From assembly GCA_043747615.1 (NCBI GenBank), contig JAYTOU010000013.1, positions 1-33,427 on the forward strand: a stretch of 33,427 nt of DNA, written 5' to 3'. The position numbers were made by a program, and so were the translations under genes. Within the stretch, counting starts at the first letter, position 1. Each line of letters opens with the position of its first letter. The notes under the pieces are model-generated. The model did no database searches and was not told the origin of the DNA. It worked only from the letters and a program-made list of their open reading frames with translations. The stretch is from Myxococcales bacterium. Lineage in GTDB: Bacteria > Myxococcota_A > Polyangia > Polyangiales > Polyangiaceae. Shown here one piece after another: positions 1-9,280 of this stretch.

Positions 1-1
1 G

Positions 2-469
2 AAGGCGAAGAGCCTTCAAGAAGCGTACAGCCAGTTTGCTGCGTGCATGAACTTCGACGTCTTCGTCGGCACGGGCATGGGCAACTTGGCGTTCATGGAA
101 ACCGATTTCGACGGACCGTGCAGCGGCTGTCACTCAAAGGGGCAGGCCGGCGTCTGGCTGGCGTCGGATCCGACGCTCACCTTCGAGTCGATGAAGAAGT
201 TCCCCTACATCCAGAAGTTCGTCGTGGGCCGCGTCGACTCGAATGGCGATTTCAAAGATCTCATTCCCGCCGGGCGCATCATCGACAAGGCCCGCGAAGC
301 CTGTCCCATGGGCGCGGACGGATGCCACCCGCAGTTCGGCGTCTCGGACCAAATGAAGGGGTCGATCGAACAGTTCGTCAACCTCACGCTGCAGAACTTG
401 GGCGCGCAGACGTGCCAGAACGGTATCGTCACCGACATGGACGCTGCCATTCCCGATGGAGGTCGCTAG
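2..469 (+). CDS. c-type cytochrome (CSGCH), 5'-truncated; paralog of the next gene
   Basis: The frame is open from nt 2 (KAKSLQEAYSQFAACMNF...), so ATG 47 is internal. It has a CxxCH motif and aligns colinearly with the C-terminal half of 470..1327 (CM, CxxCH, VWLA, FPY, HPxF). Confidence 0.75.
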   Translation, partial: KAKSLQEAYSQFAACMNFDVFVGTGMGNLAFMETDFDGPCSGCHSKGQAGVWLASDPTLTFESMKKFPYIQKFVVGRVDSNGDFKDLIPAGRIIDKAREACPMGADGCHPQFGVSDQMKGSIEQFVNLTLQNLGAQTCQNGIVTDMDAAIPDGGR

Positions 470-1327
470 ATGAACCTTCGTATTGCATTTGCAGCTGCCG
501 CGGTGATGGTCAGCGGTGCGAGCTGTGCAAGCACCGCCGACGACACGGGAAGCGCCAAGGGGTACTTCATCGCCAAGGTCTACCCGCAGATGTCCCCCAC
601 GTGCGCCACGTGCCACGCGACGGGCAATCGCGGCGCGCCTATTTTTCTCTCCGACAACGCCGAGGGTTCGTACAACGCGATCGCCGCGACGCCAGGCTTC
701 ATCGCGCCGCCGACGCAGAGTCCGCTGATGCAGAAGGGCCTCCACAGCGGCCCGGCGCTCAGCGATCTGCAGGTCACCGTCGTCACCGAGTGGCTGCAAA
801 AAGAGCCGATGGGCGGAATGGGCGACAACAGCAAGCCCGCCAACCTGCGGGCGGCATTCAAGCTCTTCGGTCAGTGCATGGACTACGCAGAGTGGAACTC
901 GCTCGGGCTCGATCGCATTGCCGAGAGCCAATCATCCTCGGGCGCGTGCAACTCCTGTCACAGCACCGGGATGGCGAGCGTCTGGCTCGCGGAGCTCGAT
1001 CCCGACACCACCTTCCGCAAGATGTCGCAGTTCCCGTACGTCCAGCGGCTCGTTACCGGCAACGTCGACGAGAAGGGTCACTTCAACGGTATCGTCGACG
1101 CCGAGCGCCTGATCGTGAAGGGGAAAGAAAAACCCCGGAACGGCAATCACCATCCCTCGTTCGACCTCGGCGCAGGCCTTCAAGCCCGAAACGGAGTGGC
1201 CGCGCCGACGCCCCTCGAAGTGCAGGACAACCTCCACACCTTCGTGTCCAACACTATCAACAAGATGTACCGCATCAACGGCTGCGTCGGCGCGACGAAG
1301 CCCGATGGCGGCGCCGACGGCGGCTAG
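470..1327 (+). CDS. Di-heme c-type cytochrome lipoprotein
   Basis: Signal peptide with lipobox-like GASC; two CxxCH motifs (CATCH, CNSCH); starts directly after the upstream stop (TAG-ATG). Confidence 0.8.
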   Translation: MNLRIAFAAAAVMVSGASCASTADDTGSAKGYFIAKVYPQMSPTCATCHATGNRGAPIFLSDNAEGSYNAIAATPGFIAPPTQSPLMQKGLHSGPALSDLQVTVVTEWLQKEPMGGMGDNSKPANLRAAFKLFGQCMDYAEWNSLGLDRIAESQSSSGACNSCHSTGMASVWLAELDPDTTFRKMSQFPYVQRLVTGNVDEKGHFNGIVDAERLIVKGKEKPRNGNHHPSFDLGAGLQARNGVAAPTPLEVQDNLHTFVSNTINKMYRINGCVGATKPDGGADGG

Positions 1328-2920
1328 CTAGAAGACCGAGCGCAGCGTCTCGGGGGGGAGCTGGTTGAAGAAGTTGTCGCGCGAAGCGACGTCTTTGATC
1401 CACGTCGTGTCCTCGGCCGCGAGCTCGGTTTTTTCCACGAGGTGACCAAGGTGGCGCAGGCGATGGACGTGCGCGCGAATCCGATTCTCCGCGTACTTCA
1501 TTGATGTTCCGGTCTTGATGATGAAGTTCCAGTCGCTCGATTGGAGGAGCAAGAGCTCTCGCACCGCTTGATCCAAGGCGGTTCCGCGCACTCCGTCGGC
1601 GTCACGGTACGTGTTCACGAGCCAGCTCACGTATCTAGTTGCATGATGCACGTGTCGCCAGGACCAAGCCGCCTCCGGCCCGACCCACACCTCGCCGTAG
1701 CCCCCCGCACCCCATGACGATGCCGCAGGCGTGGCGCGCGCAGCGACCGGATGTTGCTCGAGGTAACCACGGAGGGTGATCGCTTCGACCTCGCCGTTCG
1801 TTCGCACCAGCTGGCGGAACACGGCCTCGAGGAACTGCGGCCCCTCGAACCACCAGTGCCCATAGAGCTCGGCATCGTACGGCGCGACGACGAGAGGCGC
1901 GGGCATCGTTGCCGCGAGGTTCTTCATTTGCTCGGCGCGATTGAAGACGAAGTTGCCGGCGTGCTCCCAGGCGCGTTCGCGCGCGATGCCGGGCTGGTAC
2001 GGCTCCTTGCGATCGGTCTTGCCAGTGATGCGGTAGTACTTGAGCCCGGTCATCATGCGCGCGCCGTCGCCGCCGACTTCTCCCATCAGCTCGCTCTCCG
2101 GAAGATCGAAGCCGATGTCGCGATAAAAATCTCGGTAGTACGGATCGCCTGGGTAGCCCTCGTCGCGCGACCACACCTGACGGCTCGACTCCGCATCACG
2201 CGCAAAAAAGGCCACGCCGGACGGCGAGACGATAGGCGCATGCACCCCGAAGAGCGGGCGCGGTCTGGCGAGCGTGACGCCGTGCGTGTCGACGATCGTA
2301 AAACGAATGCCGGCGTCAGCGATGTCTTGATCGAAGCTCGGATGGTACGCGCACTCAGGCAGCCACATTCCGATCGGACGCCGACCGACGATCGCCTCGA
2401 AGCCCTTGACGCCGAGCTCGAGCTGCGGACGAATTCCTTCCGCCGCCGGCATGAGCCCCGGCAAGTAGCAATGTGTTGCCGAGCACGTGATGAGCTCGAG
2501 CCTTCCTGCATCCCAGTGACGCACGAGCCCGGCTATGACGTCGCCTTCGTGGCGATCCCACGCGCGACGAACGCGTCCGAGCTCCTCGCGGTAAAACGTG
2601 GCCACGGGTGCAAACCGTTCGTCGCCATAAAGGCGCTTCATTTCCCGTTCGGCGAGCTTCTCGGTACGCGCGAGGTGTTGCTCGAATCGCGCGCGGAGCA
2701 AATCGTCTTTGAGCATCGCGGCGAGAGGCGGCGTGATGCTCATCGTGAGCGCGAAGGGAATGTCGTCCTCCGCCATGCGATCGAACGCGTCGAGCAAAGG
2801 CAGGTAGCACTCGATCAGCGCCTCGTAGAGCCAACGCTCTTCGAGGTGCCGGGCGTGCTCGGGGTGACGCACGAAGGGGAGGTGCGCGTGAAGAACGAGT
2901 GCGAGGTAGCCGTTCGGCAT
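1328..2920 (-). CDS. GH57 family 1,4-alpha-glucan branching enzyme (DUF1957 C-terminus)
   Basis: GH57 motifs LHAHLPFV, GMWLPECAY (nucleophile Glu), PYDAELYGHWWFEG (acid/base Asp), ELLLLQSSDW. Confidence 0.93.
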   Translation of the reverse strand: MPNGYLALVLHAHLPFVRHPEHARHLEERWLYEALIECYLPLLDAFDRMAEDDIPFALTMSITPPLAAMLKDDLLRARFEQHLARTEKLAEREMKRLYGDERFAPVATFYREELGRVRRAWDRHEGDVIAGLVRHWDAGRLELITCSATHCYLPGLMPAAEGIRPQLELGVKGFEAIVGRRPIGMWLPECAYHPSFDQDIADAGIRFTIVDTHGVTLARPRPLFGVHAPIVSPSGVAFFARDAESSRQVWSRDEGYPGDPYYRDFYRDIGFDLPESELMGEVGGDGARMMTGLKYYRITGKTDRKEPYQPGIARERAWEHAGNFVFNRAEQMKNLAATMPAPLVVAPYDAELYGHWWFEGPQFLEAVFRQLVRTNGEVEAITLRGYLEQHPVAARATPAASSWGAGGYGEVWVGPEAAWSWRHVHHATRYVSWLVNTYRDADGVRGTALDQAVRELLLLQSSDWNFIIKTGTSMKYAENRIRAHVHRLRHLGHLVEKTELAAEDTTWIKDVASRDNFFNQLPPETLRSVF

Positions 2921-2977
2921 GACACCGGACAGGTACCACGATCCGAATTTCGCGGAAATTGACTCTCGGCCGTTCAG

Positions 2978-3685
2978 CTAGGGGACGTGAATTTTCCCGG
3001 CAGTTCCGCCGTGGCAGGTGCCGCCACCGCCGCAGCTTCCATCAGTGGGTTTGGTCATCGCCGGGGTCATCGCTCCCAGATTGCCTGCGTTGTCGCGCGC
3101 ACCTGCGAGCGAATTAGCGGTGATCGGCTGAGGACCACCGCCGGCGATCGCAGCGTAGAAATTCCCGTTTACGTCGCTGTGGGTCACCATCGCTGTGCCC
3201 GCCGAGTCTCGAACGCGGATTTCGACGCTCGGCGCCGGAATGGTGCCCGCGGTGTCCTTGAACACCGAGCCACCGAACGCGAACTTGGTGCTCGCACCGC
3301 CGGCGGGGCCGTGACAGTCGAGGCACGCTTGATTGAGAGGGTTGGTGGTCGGTGTGGCGCCCGCAAAGTTGTGATTGGCGTTGAGCGTGTCTCCGCCTGC
3401 GATGACCGTGGTGTACGGGGGTGCTCCCGTAAACGCATTGGGTGGCCCTGCGGACGTTTCGGTGCCCGACCCGCCATCCGTGACGGGGGCCCCCGCTTCG
3501 TCCACGCCCGGCCCGCCGCCAGGGTTGCCGCCAGGCCCACCAGGCCCGCCCGCGCCACGCCCGGGACGACCGGGGGCGGAGGAGAAAGTGACCAGCCCTG
3601 GATCTGGCGCGCTGCACCCCCAGATGCTTGCTGCACCGAGGACCGGAACCAGTGCGACATTGAGCCAAAAGCCGCGGAATTTCAT
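2978..3685 (-). CDS. c-type cytochrome lipoprotein with Gly/Pro linker and carboxypeptidase-regulatory-like beta domain
   Basis: Likely start is ATG 3685 (MKFRGF..., GAGGG RBS) rather than 3733; lipobox IWGC; CLDCH plus an atypical CGGGGTCH; 'SDVNGNF' beta-sandwich motif. Confidence 0.7.
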   Translation of the reverse strand: MKFRGFWLNVALVPVLGAASIWGCSAPDPGLVTFSSAPGRPGRGAGGPGGPGGNPGGGPGVDEAGAPVTDGGSGTETSAGPPNAFTGAPPYTTVIAGGDTLNANHNFAGATPTTNPLNQACLDCHGPAGGASTKFAFGGSVFKDTAGTIPAPSVEIRVRDSAGTAMVTHSDVNGNFYAAIAGGGPQPITANSLAGARDNAGNLGAMTPAMTKPTDGSCGGGGTCHGGTAGKIHVP

Positions 3686-3804
3686 GAAGGATCCCTCACT
3701 GGGTGCTGACCTCGATCCGGTGCCGTCGAACACGTGCGACAGCGTCTCAGATTACCATTATGCAAACGGTGGGCCCCATATATGCCGCCGTTTAGAGTCT
3801 CGGC

Positions 3805-3832
3805 TTTACTTGTGGTTGCGCATCCGTATACT
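3805..3832 (+). promoter_or_regulatory. Putative sigma70 promoter for rplU-rpmA
   Basis: TTTACT-N16-TATACT about 95 nt upstream of rplU. Confidence 0.45.
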
Positions 3833-3926
3833 CCCGCGTCCCAAACGAACCCCGCCGTTTTCGTGCACTTCTCCACCGGGAGCTCGTGCAACGAGCGCGG
3901 CATCTCAAGAGGGCAGGTCACAAAAA

Positions 3927-4238
3927 ATGTACGCGGTCATCAAAACGGGCGGCAAGCAATACCGAGTCGCCACGGGCGACAAGCTCCGGGTCGAAAAGCT
4001 CGCGGGCAACGTAGGCGAGAGCATCACGTTCGGCGAAGTGCTGATGATCGGCGGCGATGCCGTCACGATCGGTCAGCCCCTCGTGAAGGGTGCGAAAGTC
4101 GAGGCGAAGATCATCGCGCAGGATCGCGCGAAGAAGATCATCGTCTTCAAGTTTCGTCGCCGAAAGAATTACCGCCGCAAGGCTGGCCATCGTCAGCCCT
4201 TCACCGCCCTCGAAATCACCCAGGTCACGGGGAGCTGA
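3927..4238 (+). CDS. rplU: 50S ribosomal protein L21
   Basis: [14 protein letters not shown]...[19 protein letters not shown]; the true start is ATG 3927 inside ORF 3375..4238. Confidence 0.98.
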   Translation: MYAVIKTGGKQYRVATGDKLRVEKLAGNVGESITFGEVLMIGGDAVTIGQPLVKGAKVEAKIIAQDRAKKIIVFKFRRRKNYRRKAGHRQPFTALEITQVTGS

Positions 4239-4247
4239 GAGAACGCC

Positions 4248-4535
4248 ATGGCTCACAAAAAAGGTGCAGGCAGCACGCGCAACGGCCGTGACTCGAACTC
4301 GCAACGCCGGGGCACGAAAGTCTACGGCGGTGAAGTCGTCAAGGCTGGCAACATCCTCGTTCGCCAGGTGGGCGCGTCGATCGCCGCTGGCCACAACGTC
4401 GGGCTCGGCAAGGACTTCACGCTCTTTGCGCTCATCGACGGTGTCGTCAAGTACGAGTGGCGCTCGAACGAACGCCGCATGGCCTCCGTTTACGCCGCCG
4501 ACTCTGCGCAAATCCAAGCTGTCTCGGCAAAGTAA
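4248..4535 (+). CDS. rpmA: 50S ribosomal protein L27
   Basis: [16 protein letters not shown]...GNILVRQ...[20 protein letters not shown]; directly follows rplU. Confidence 0.98.
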   Translation: MAHKKGAGSTRNGRDSNSQRRGTKVYGGEVVKAGNILVRQVGASIAAGHNVGLGKDFTLFALIDGVVKYEWRSNERRMASVYAADSAQIQAVSAK

Positions 4536-4577
4536 CTCGACTCAGCCAGACTACTGGCCGAAAGAGGAGAACACTGC

Positions 4578-5438
4578 GTGAGACGGGCGAGCGGAACTTC
4601 AGCTCCTCGTCTTCTCGCCGTCGATCTCGACGGGACGCTCCTCGACCTGCGTGGTCAGCCGCACGAGCGCGACGTCAAGGCGCTGCGGGCGCTCGCCGCA
4701 TCAGGGGTGCCGGTCAGCATCGTCACCGGCCGCCTTTACTCGGGAACGCGTCCGAGCGCGATGGCCCTTGGCCTCAGCGGCCCCGTTGCGTGCGTCGACG
4801 GCAGTCACCTGGTGAGCACCGCCACACACACCACGCTGATGCATCACGGCATCAAAGGCGTTCACTCGCTCAAGCTGCGCGACGCCCTAGCTCGAAGCGG
4901 GCCCGCGACATTTCTCTTTGCGCGCGATGCCATCGTGCACGACGACGCCGGCGATCCCTTTCTCTCGTACGTCGCCACGTGGTCGCAGGACGTGCGACGC
5001 GCCGAGCGGGTGGTTGAGCACGCGTTCTGGGAAGACGCCGATGGGCTCACCGCGGTCGTCGCCGTTGGCACCGTCGATCAGATCGCGTCCGCGGTCGAAG
5101 AGATTCAGCGCACCCTCCCCGATGCGGCGCAAGTGGCCATGTTTCCGATCCGACGCATCATCGGCGCGTGGGGGCTCGTCGTGCGCGCCGTCGGGGGGAA
5201 CAAGGGCTCTGCGCTCGCCTGGCTCGCCGATCACCACGGCTGCAGCATGGAAGAAACGGTCGTCGTCGGTGACTGGCAAAACGACATTCCGATGTTCAAC
5301 GTCGCTGGGCGGGCCTTCGCGATGGGGCAGGCCCCACCGGAAGTGAAGGCCACGGCCACCGACGTTCTCGAGGAGACCGCAGAGCACGGAGGCGGCATTG
5401 CCCGCGTCGTCGAAGAGGTCTTCAAGATTCGATTCTGA
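4578..5438 (+). CDS. Cof-type HAD-IIB hydrolase
   Basis: Motif I DLDGTLL, motif II TGR, motif III/IV NKG...GDWQNDIPM, AMG; GAGGAG RBS. Confidence 0.92.
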   Translation: MRRASGTSAPRLLAVDLDGTLLDLRGQPHERDVKALRALAASGVPVSIVTGRLYSGTRPSAMALGLSGPVACVDGSHLVSTATHTTLMHHGIKGVHSLKLRDALARSGPATFLFARDAIVHDDAGDPFLSYVATWSQDVRRAERVVEHAFWEDADGLTAVVAVGTVDQIASAVEEIQRTLPDAAQVAMFPIRRIIGAWGLVVRAVGGNKGSALAWLADHHGCSMEETVVVGDWQNDIPMFNVAGRAFAMGQAPPEVKATATDVLEETAEHGGGIARVVEEVFKIRF

Positions 5439-5444
5439 GAGCCC

Positions 5445-6746
5445 TCAGTTGCCCGCGAAGCCGACCCAGAGGTTCTGGTTGCTCGCGCCCTGCGACGACG
5501 AAAGAATGAACGCCGAGCCACCGTAGGCGCCCACTGCGTTTCGGGTGATCGTCAGCCTGAGCGTGTCCCCTGCAGAGCCCTGGGTCTTGTCGATCGCGAA
5601 CGAAAGATCGGGTGAGGCGTGCTTCATGTACTGCTCGTAGTCGACGGCCTGCACCGTCCACGGTCCGGTTGATCCGTCGGCGAAGAGGCTCACGTCGATC
5701 GTCTTGCTCGTGCCGACGGGGACCGCGACCCCTTTCGTGGGGTAGCCCGTGCCGCCCATGCCGCCGCTCAAGTCGATATTCACGGTGTCTTTGAGAATGG
5801 GGACGCTGTTGAAGTACACGCGCCCGGCGGGGGCGGGGACGCAAGGGTTGTGATGCGCGGCCGCCGCTTTGTTCGACCACGTGCGCTGCACCACGTAGCC
5901 GATCTCGAGAAGATTCACTTCGGCGCCGGTGTTGAACGTGCACATGTCGCCGACCTCGGATATGGGAAAAAGCGCCCACACGAGGTGATCGTCATCTGGT
6001 TGATTGAAAGCCGCGCCGGTGAACGGATGCGGATCCGTCACCGCTTCGATCAACTCGTGCGTCGAGGCCGAGGTAAGATAGTCGAGGTCCGAGCCCCCCG
6101 CGCTACATCGCGGCATCACGGCGTAAACGACGCGTGTCGCGCCGATCGTCACTTCATTGTGGTAGCCGCCGAACGCGCTGCAGCTGGTCGCATTCATCAG
6201 CGTGATGGTGGTCGTGGACGGATAATAGATCGTGTAGATCGTCGACGGGTCGGGCATTCCCCAGCCGTGCGCCCCGTCGAGCTGGGTCGTCAAGAAGGTC
6301 TTGATCTCGGCGTCGTCGATGGTTGTCGGTGCCGCCGTCGCCATGGTGTGTGAAGCGCCCGCCGTGACCGGACCAACGCCGTATTCGCTTGTCGTCGCGG
6401 TCCAGTAGGACGAGCCCGCGAGGTTGGTGATGAACGTGGTGAGCTGCGTGACGTAGGGTTCGCCCGGGTAGAAGATCGGCACGATCCTTGGGGTCTTCAT
6501 CACCGACCCGCCAATGTTCAGGATCTGCGGTGCAGCCATCGCGCTCGGGAGAATGACGTTTGCGTCTTTCTTTCCCGCGTCTTGGACGACCGGCTTGCCG
6601 CTGTCGGTGCCGCCTGCGTCATCATTTGAAACACCCGCGTCGTCACCCATCGTGGGTGGCGCATCAATGTACGTCGTCGTGCAGGCAGCAGCGGCAAAAG
6701 CGAGGGAGGTCACGACGAGGCATCCGAAGACGGCGACGATACGCAT
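5445..6746 (-). CDS. Secreted lipoprotein with THELIEAVTDP motif (Phi-1/EXORDIUM-like or metal-binding fold)
   Basis: Lipobox AAAC, DAG-rich linker, CSAFGGYH, HELxEAVTDP, EVGDMC, QRTWSN motifs; AAGGAG RBS. Confidence 0.65.
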   Translation of the reverse strand: MRIVAVFGCLVVTSLAFAAAACTTTYIDAPPTMGDDAGVSNDDAGGTDSGKPVVQDAGKKDANVILPSAMAAPQILNIGGSVMKTPRIVPIFYPGEPYVTQLTTFITNLAGSSYWTATTSEYGVGPVTAGASHTMATAAPTTIDDAEIKTFLTTQLDGAHGWGMPDPSTIYTIYYPSTTTITLMNATSCSAFGGYHNEVTIGATRVVYAVMPRCSAGGSDLDYLTSASTHELIEAVTDPHPFTGAAFNQPDDDHLVWALFPISEVGDMCTFNTGAEVNLLEIGYVVQRTWSNKAAAAHHNPCVPAPAGRVYFNSVPILKDTVNIDLSGGMGGTGYPTKGVAVPVGTSKTIDVSLFADGSTGPWTVQAVDYEQYMKHASPDLSFAIDKTQGSAGDTLRLTITRNAVGAYGGSAFILSSSQGASNQNLWVGFAGN

Positions 6747-6962
6747 TCAAGGCTCCTTAGAAGTGTTGGCGTGCAGGTGCTCGCCCAGGCGACAGCATGC
6801 AGCAAAAACCAAACCGCAGCGAGAACCGCAGGCGATCCGTCATACGCTGCGCGATCGCGCATCTTCCCCGTGAGCCGTGAACAGTGGGTCTCTACCGACC
6901 AGTGAAAGAAGGATCCACCCCATGACGTGCAACCTGGGCCACCATCCCGGGTTCCGGCACGC

Positions 6963-8834
6963 CTAGCTGGCGCCGAAAAAACCCGCGACTTGATAGACGA
7001 GGAACGCGGCCGCGTATGCGATTGCGTAGGTGTAGACGAGCACGAATAGGGGCCAGCGCCAGCTCTTCGTCTCTCGTCGAATGGCCGCGACCGTAGACAT
7101 GCACTGGCACGCAAAAACGAAGAAGGCGAGGAGGGCGAGCCCCGTGCGTGTCGAGTAGAGCGGCGCGCCGTTCGCTTTTTTCGCCTCACGCATGCGCAAC
7201 GAGAGCGGTTGCGGATCATCGCCGGCGTTTTCGATTCCGAAGATCACGCCCATCGTCCCGACCATCAGCTCACGCGCTCCGAACGATCCGATGAGCCCGA
7301 CGTTCATGCGCCAATCGAAGCCGAGCGGCATCGTCACTGGCTCCAGTGATCGTCCAACCGTCGCGGCGATGCTCCGCTCGATCGGTGGCGCGTCCGTTTG
7401 CGCGTGAACCGGGAGCGGCACGGTGAGAAGCACCCAGAGGACCGCCGACACAGCGAGGATCGTGCTCCCGACGTCGCGCAGAAAGCGACCTGCAGCTTGC
7501 CATCCTTTTCGGAGCACCACGGCGGCTTGCGGCGCGCGGTACGCCGGCATCTCGAGGATGAGAGGCAGGCTTTTTCCTTTGGTCGCACTTCGTCGGAGCA
7601 CCAGCGAGGCAATCAGGCCGGAGAGAATCCCCACGAAATAAAGGCCAACGAAGAGCAATGCGCGAAAGGCCACGCCGCGCGAAGAGAAGAACGTGCTGAG
7701 GACGAGCGCGTATGTCGGGATGCGAGCCGAGCACGTCATGAGGGGGATGACCAAGATCGTCGTCAGTCGTTCCCGTGGATCGCGGATGATGCGCGTGGAC
7801 GCGATGGCCGGAATCGCGCAGGCGTGTCCCATCAAGAGCGGCAAGAACGATCGACCGCTGAGCCCGAGCAGGCGGAGCACGCGATCCAACAGAAACGCTC
7901 CGCGCGCGAGGTAACCCGTGGCCTCGAGCAGCTCCATTGCCAGGGTGAGAATGACGATCTGCGGCATGAACGCGAGGACCGTCCCCGCGCCACCGAGGAG
8001 CCCGTCGGCGAGGAACGACGAGAGGAGCCCGCGACCGATCCACAGCGTGAGATGACTGCGACCAGATCCGATCACCGCATCGAGGACGCGCGTCGCGGGA
8101 TCGGCGACCAGGAACACGGCTGCAAAAAGCAGCGCCATAAGAGCCAAAAATACGAACGGACCGACGATCGGATGGAGGAGCAGCCCATCGGCGCGCGCGG
8201 TGAAGCTCCGACGCCGCTCGAGCTCCGGCGTAAGCGCCGCACGATCGCGCACGACTTCTTTCGCGAGTGCGTCCGGGTCCCACTTCGCTTCGGTCGGGGT
8301 CCGACGGGCCGACGAGAGCTCGTTCGAGATCGCAGCGAGGACGATCGATCGCGTCGCCGTGTCTCTCGCGCTCACGCAGAGCACGGGGACGCCGAGCGCC
8401 TTCGCGAGCGCTCCGTGGTCAAGCGAGCGACCTTCGCGCTCGAGTACGTCACGTTGCGTCGCCACGACGAGAAGCCGGAGATCTTTTCGAGCGAGCTCGC
8501 GCGTGAGACGTAGCCCGAGCGCGAGCTGTGTAACGTCGATTACCTGTAGGACCAGGAGGGCGCGGCCCGCTTCGATCGCCGCATCCATGAATGTGCGCGC
8601 GACACCTTCGTCGGTTTCTTTGTCGACCACCGCGTCTACTGAATAGAGCCCAGGCAAGTCGGCGAGGATCGCCGCGCTTCCGTCCCCGAGCTTCACCTCC
8701 GCCTCCAGGATGTCTACGGTGATCCCCGCAAAATTCCCGACGCGCGCGTCCTTGCCAGCGACGGCGTTGTAGAGGGAAGACTTGCCCGAATTGGGTCGAC
8801 CCAGGAGGACGACCAGCGGTGCGACGGGTGTCAC
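6963..8834 (-). CDS. feoB: Ferrous iron transport protein B
   Basis: G1 GRPNSGKSS, G2 GNFAGITVD, G3 DLPG; gate motifs LEATGYLAR, GHACAIPA, PLMTCSAR, LEMPAY, QCMST. Confidence 0.95.
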   Translation of the reverse strand: MTPVAPLVVLLGRPNSGKSSLYNAVAGKDARVGNFAGITVDILEAEVKLGDGSAAILADLPGLYSVDAVVDKETDEGVARTFMDAAIEAGRALLVLQVIDVTQLALGLRLTRELARKDLRLLVVATQRDVLEREGRSLDHGALAKALGVPVLCVSARDTATRSIVLAAISNELSSARRTPTEAKWDPDALAKEVVRDRAALTPELERRRSFTARADGLLLHPIVGPFVFLALMALLFAAVFLVADPATRVLDAVIGSGRSHLTLWIGRGLLSSFLADGLLGGAGTVLAFMPQIVILTLAMELLEATGYLARGAFLLDRVLRLLGLSGRSFLPLLMGHACAIPAIASTRIIRDPRERLTTILVIPLMTCSARIPTYALVLSTFFSSRGVAFRALLFVGLYFVGILSGLIASLVLRRSATKGKSLPLILEMPAYRAPQAAVVLRKGWQAAGRFLRDVGSTILAVSAVLWVLLTVPLPVHAQTDAPPIERSIAATVGRSLEPVTMPLGFDWRMNVGLIGSFGARELMVGTMGVIFGIENAGDDPQPLSLRMREAKKANGAPLYSTRTGLALLAFFVFACQCMSTVAAIRRETKSWRWPLFVLVYTYAIAYAAAFLVYQVAGFFGAS

Positions 8835-9142
8835 TCGTCGAGGTGTCGAATCAGAATGGAGCGCGCGAGCGAGCGGTTGAGCGCGAACTCACCGCCCGAA
8901 GCCGTGCGCACGTGAATGGGCCCGCCGAACGCCGCGCGCCGGAGCACGACGAGCTTCTCGCCTTCGCCGATGCCGACAGCACGCAACCACGCTGCGAGGT
9001 CTTCCTCGAGCACGAGCTCGACGACGCGCACCTCCGTGCCGAGAGCGGCGAGCGACAGAAATGCGCCCGTCGCTTTCGCCAAGGTGGGCTTTGTCACGTC
9101 GGGCTTCTCGACGTCGGCGAACCGGTACGCGCTGTTGCTCAT
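8831..9142 (-). CDS. feoA: Ferrous iron transport protein A
   Basis: LRAVGIGEG...RRAAFGGPIHV...FAL SH3-like FeoA signature; GTGA overlap with feoB. Confidence 0.92.
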   Translation of the reverse strand: MSNSAYRFADVEKPDVTKPTLAKATGAFLSLAALGTEVRVVELVLEEDLAAWLRAVGIGEGEKLVVLRRAAFGGPIHVRTASGGEFALNRSLARSILIRHLDE

Positions 9143-9161
9143 GCCTCGCCCGCGGAGCTAG

Positions 9162-9176
9162 TGAAAGTCACTTTCA
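9162..9176. promoter_or_regulatory. Fur-type box upstream of feoA
   Basis: Perfect 7-1-7 palindrome TGAAAGT-C-ACTTTCA, about 20 nt upstream of feoA, just downstream of a minus-strand -10. Confidence 0.8.
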
Positions 9177-9178
9177 AT

Positions 9179-9207
9179 AAGTTAGCGTGAACGCCCGCCT
9201 CGCGCAA
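9179..9207 (-). promoter_or_regulatory. Putative sigma70 promoter for feoAB
   Basis: Minus strand TTGCGC-N17-TAACTT; the predicted start site falls inside the Fur-type box. Confidence 0.55.
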
Positions 9208-9232
9208 GCAGGTCGCGGAAGCACGTTCAGGC

Positions 9233-9261
9233 TTGCACCACCCCCTTTTACCAGCTATCGC
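9233..9261 (+). promoter_or_regulatory. Putative sigma70 promoter for the barrel/cytochrome/kinase operon
   Basis: TTGCAC-N17-TATCGC immediately before the second Fur-type box. Confidence 0.45.
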
Positions 9262-9263
9262 AA

Positions 9264-9280
9264 TTGATTATGACTTTCAA
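9264..9280. promoter_or_regulatory. Second Fur-type box overlapping the ATG at 9270
   Basis: TTGATTAT-G-ACTTTCAA, 7-1-7 with the same ACTTTCA half-site as 9162-9176. Confidence 0.7.

Noticed and set aside
43..1368. 441-aa Arg-rich ORF and many similar overlapping ORFs
   Set aside because: Off-frame products of high GC content that overlap well-supported genes and have no motifs.
1490..1660. Patch of AT-richer codons in the GH57 gene
   Set aside because: Short, the protein motifs are intact, and there are no insertion boundaries.
3375..3926. Apparent N-terminal extension of L21
   Set aside because: Antisense to the cytochrome gene and the intergenic region; the canonical start is 3927.
4536..5438. 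obgE absent after rplU-rpmA
   Set aside because: A common rearrangement; not informative on its own.
6866..6920. GTCTCTACC (purine riboswitch-like) and a 6S-like word
   Set aside because: The required stems and loops are missing and the orientation does not fit a downstream gene.
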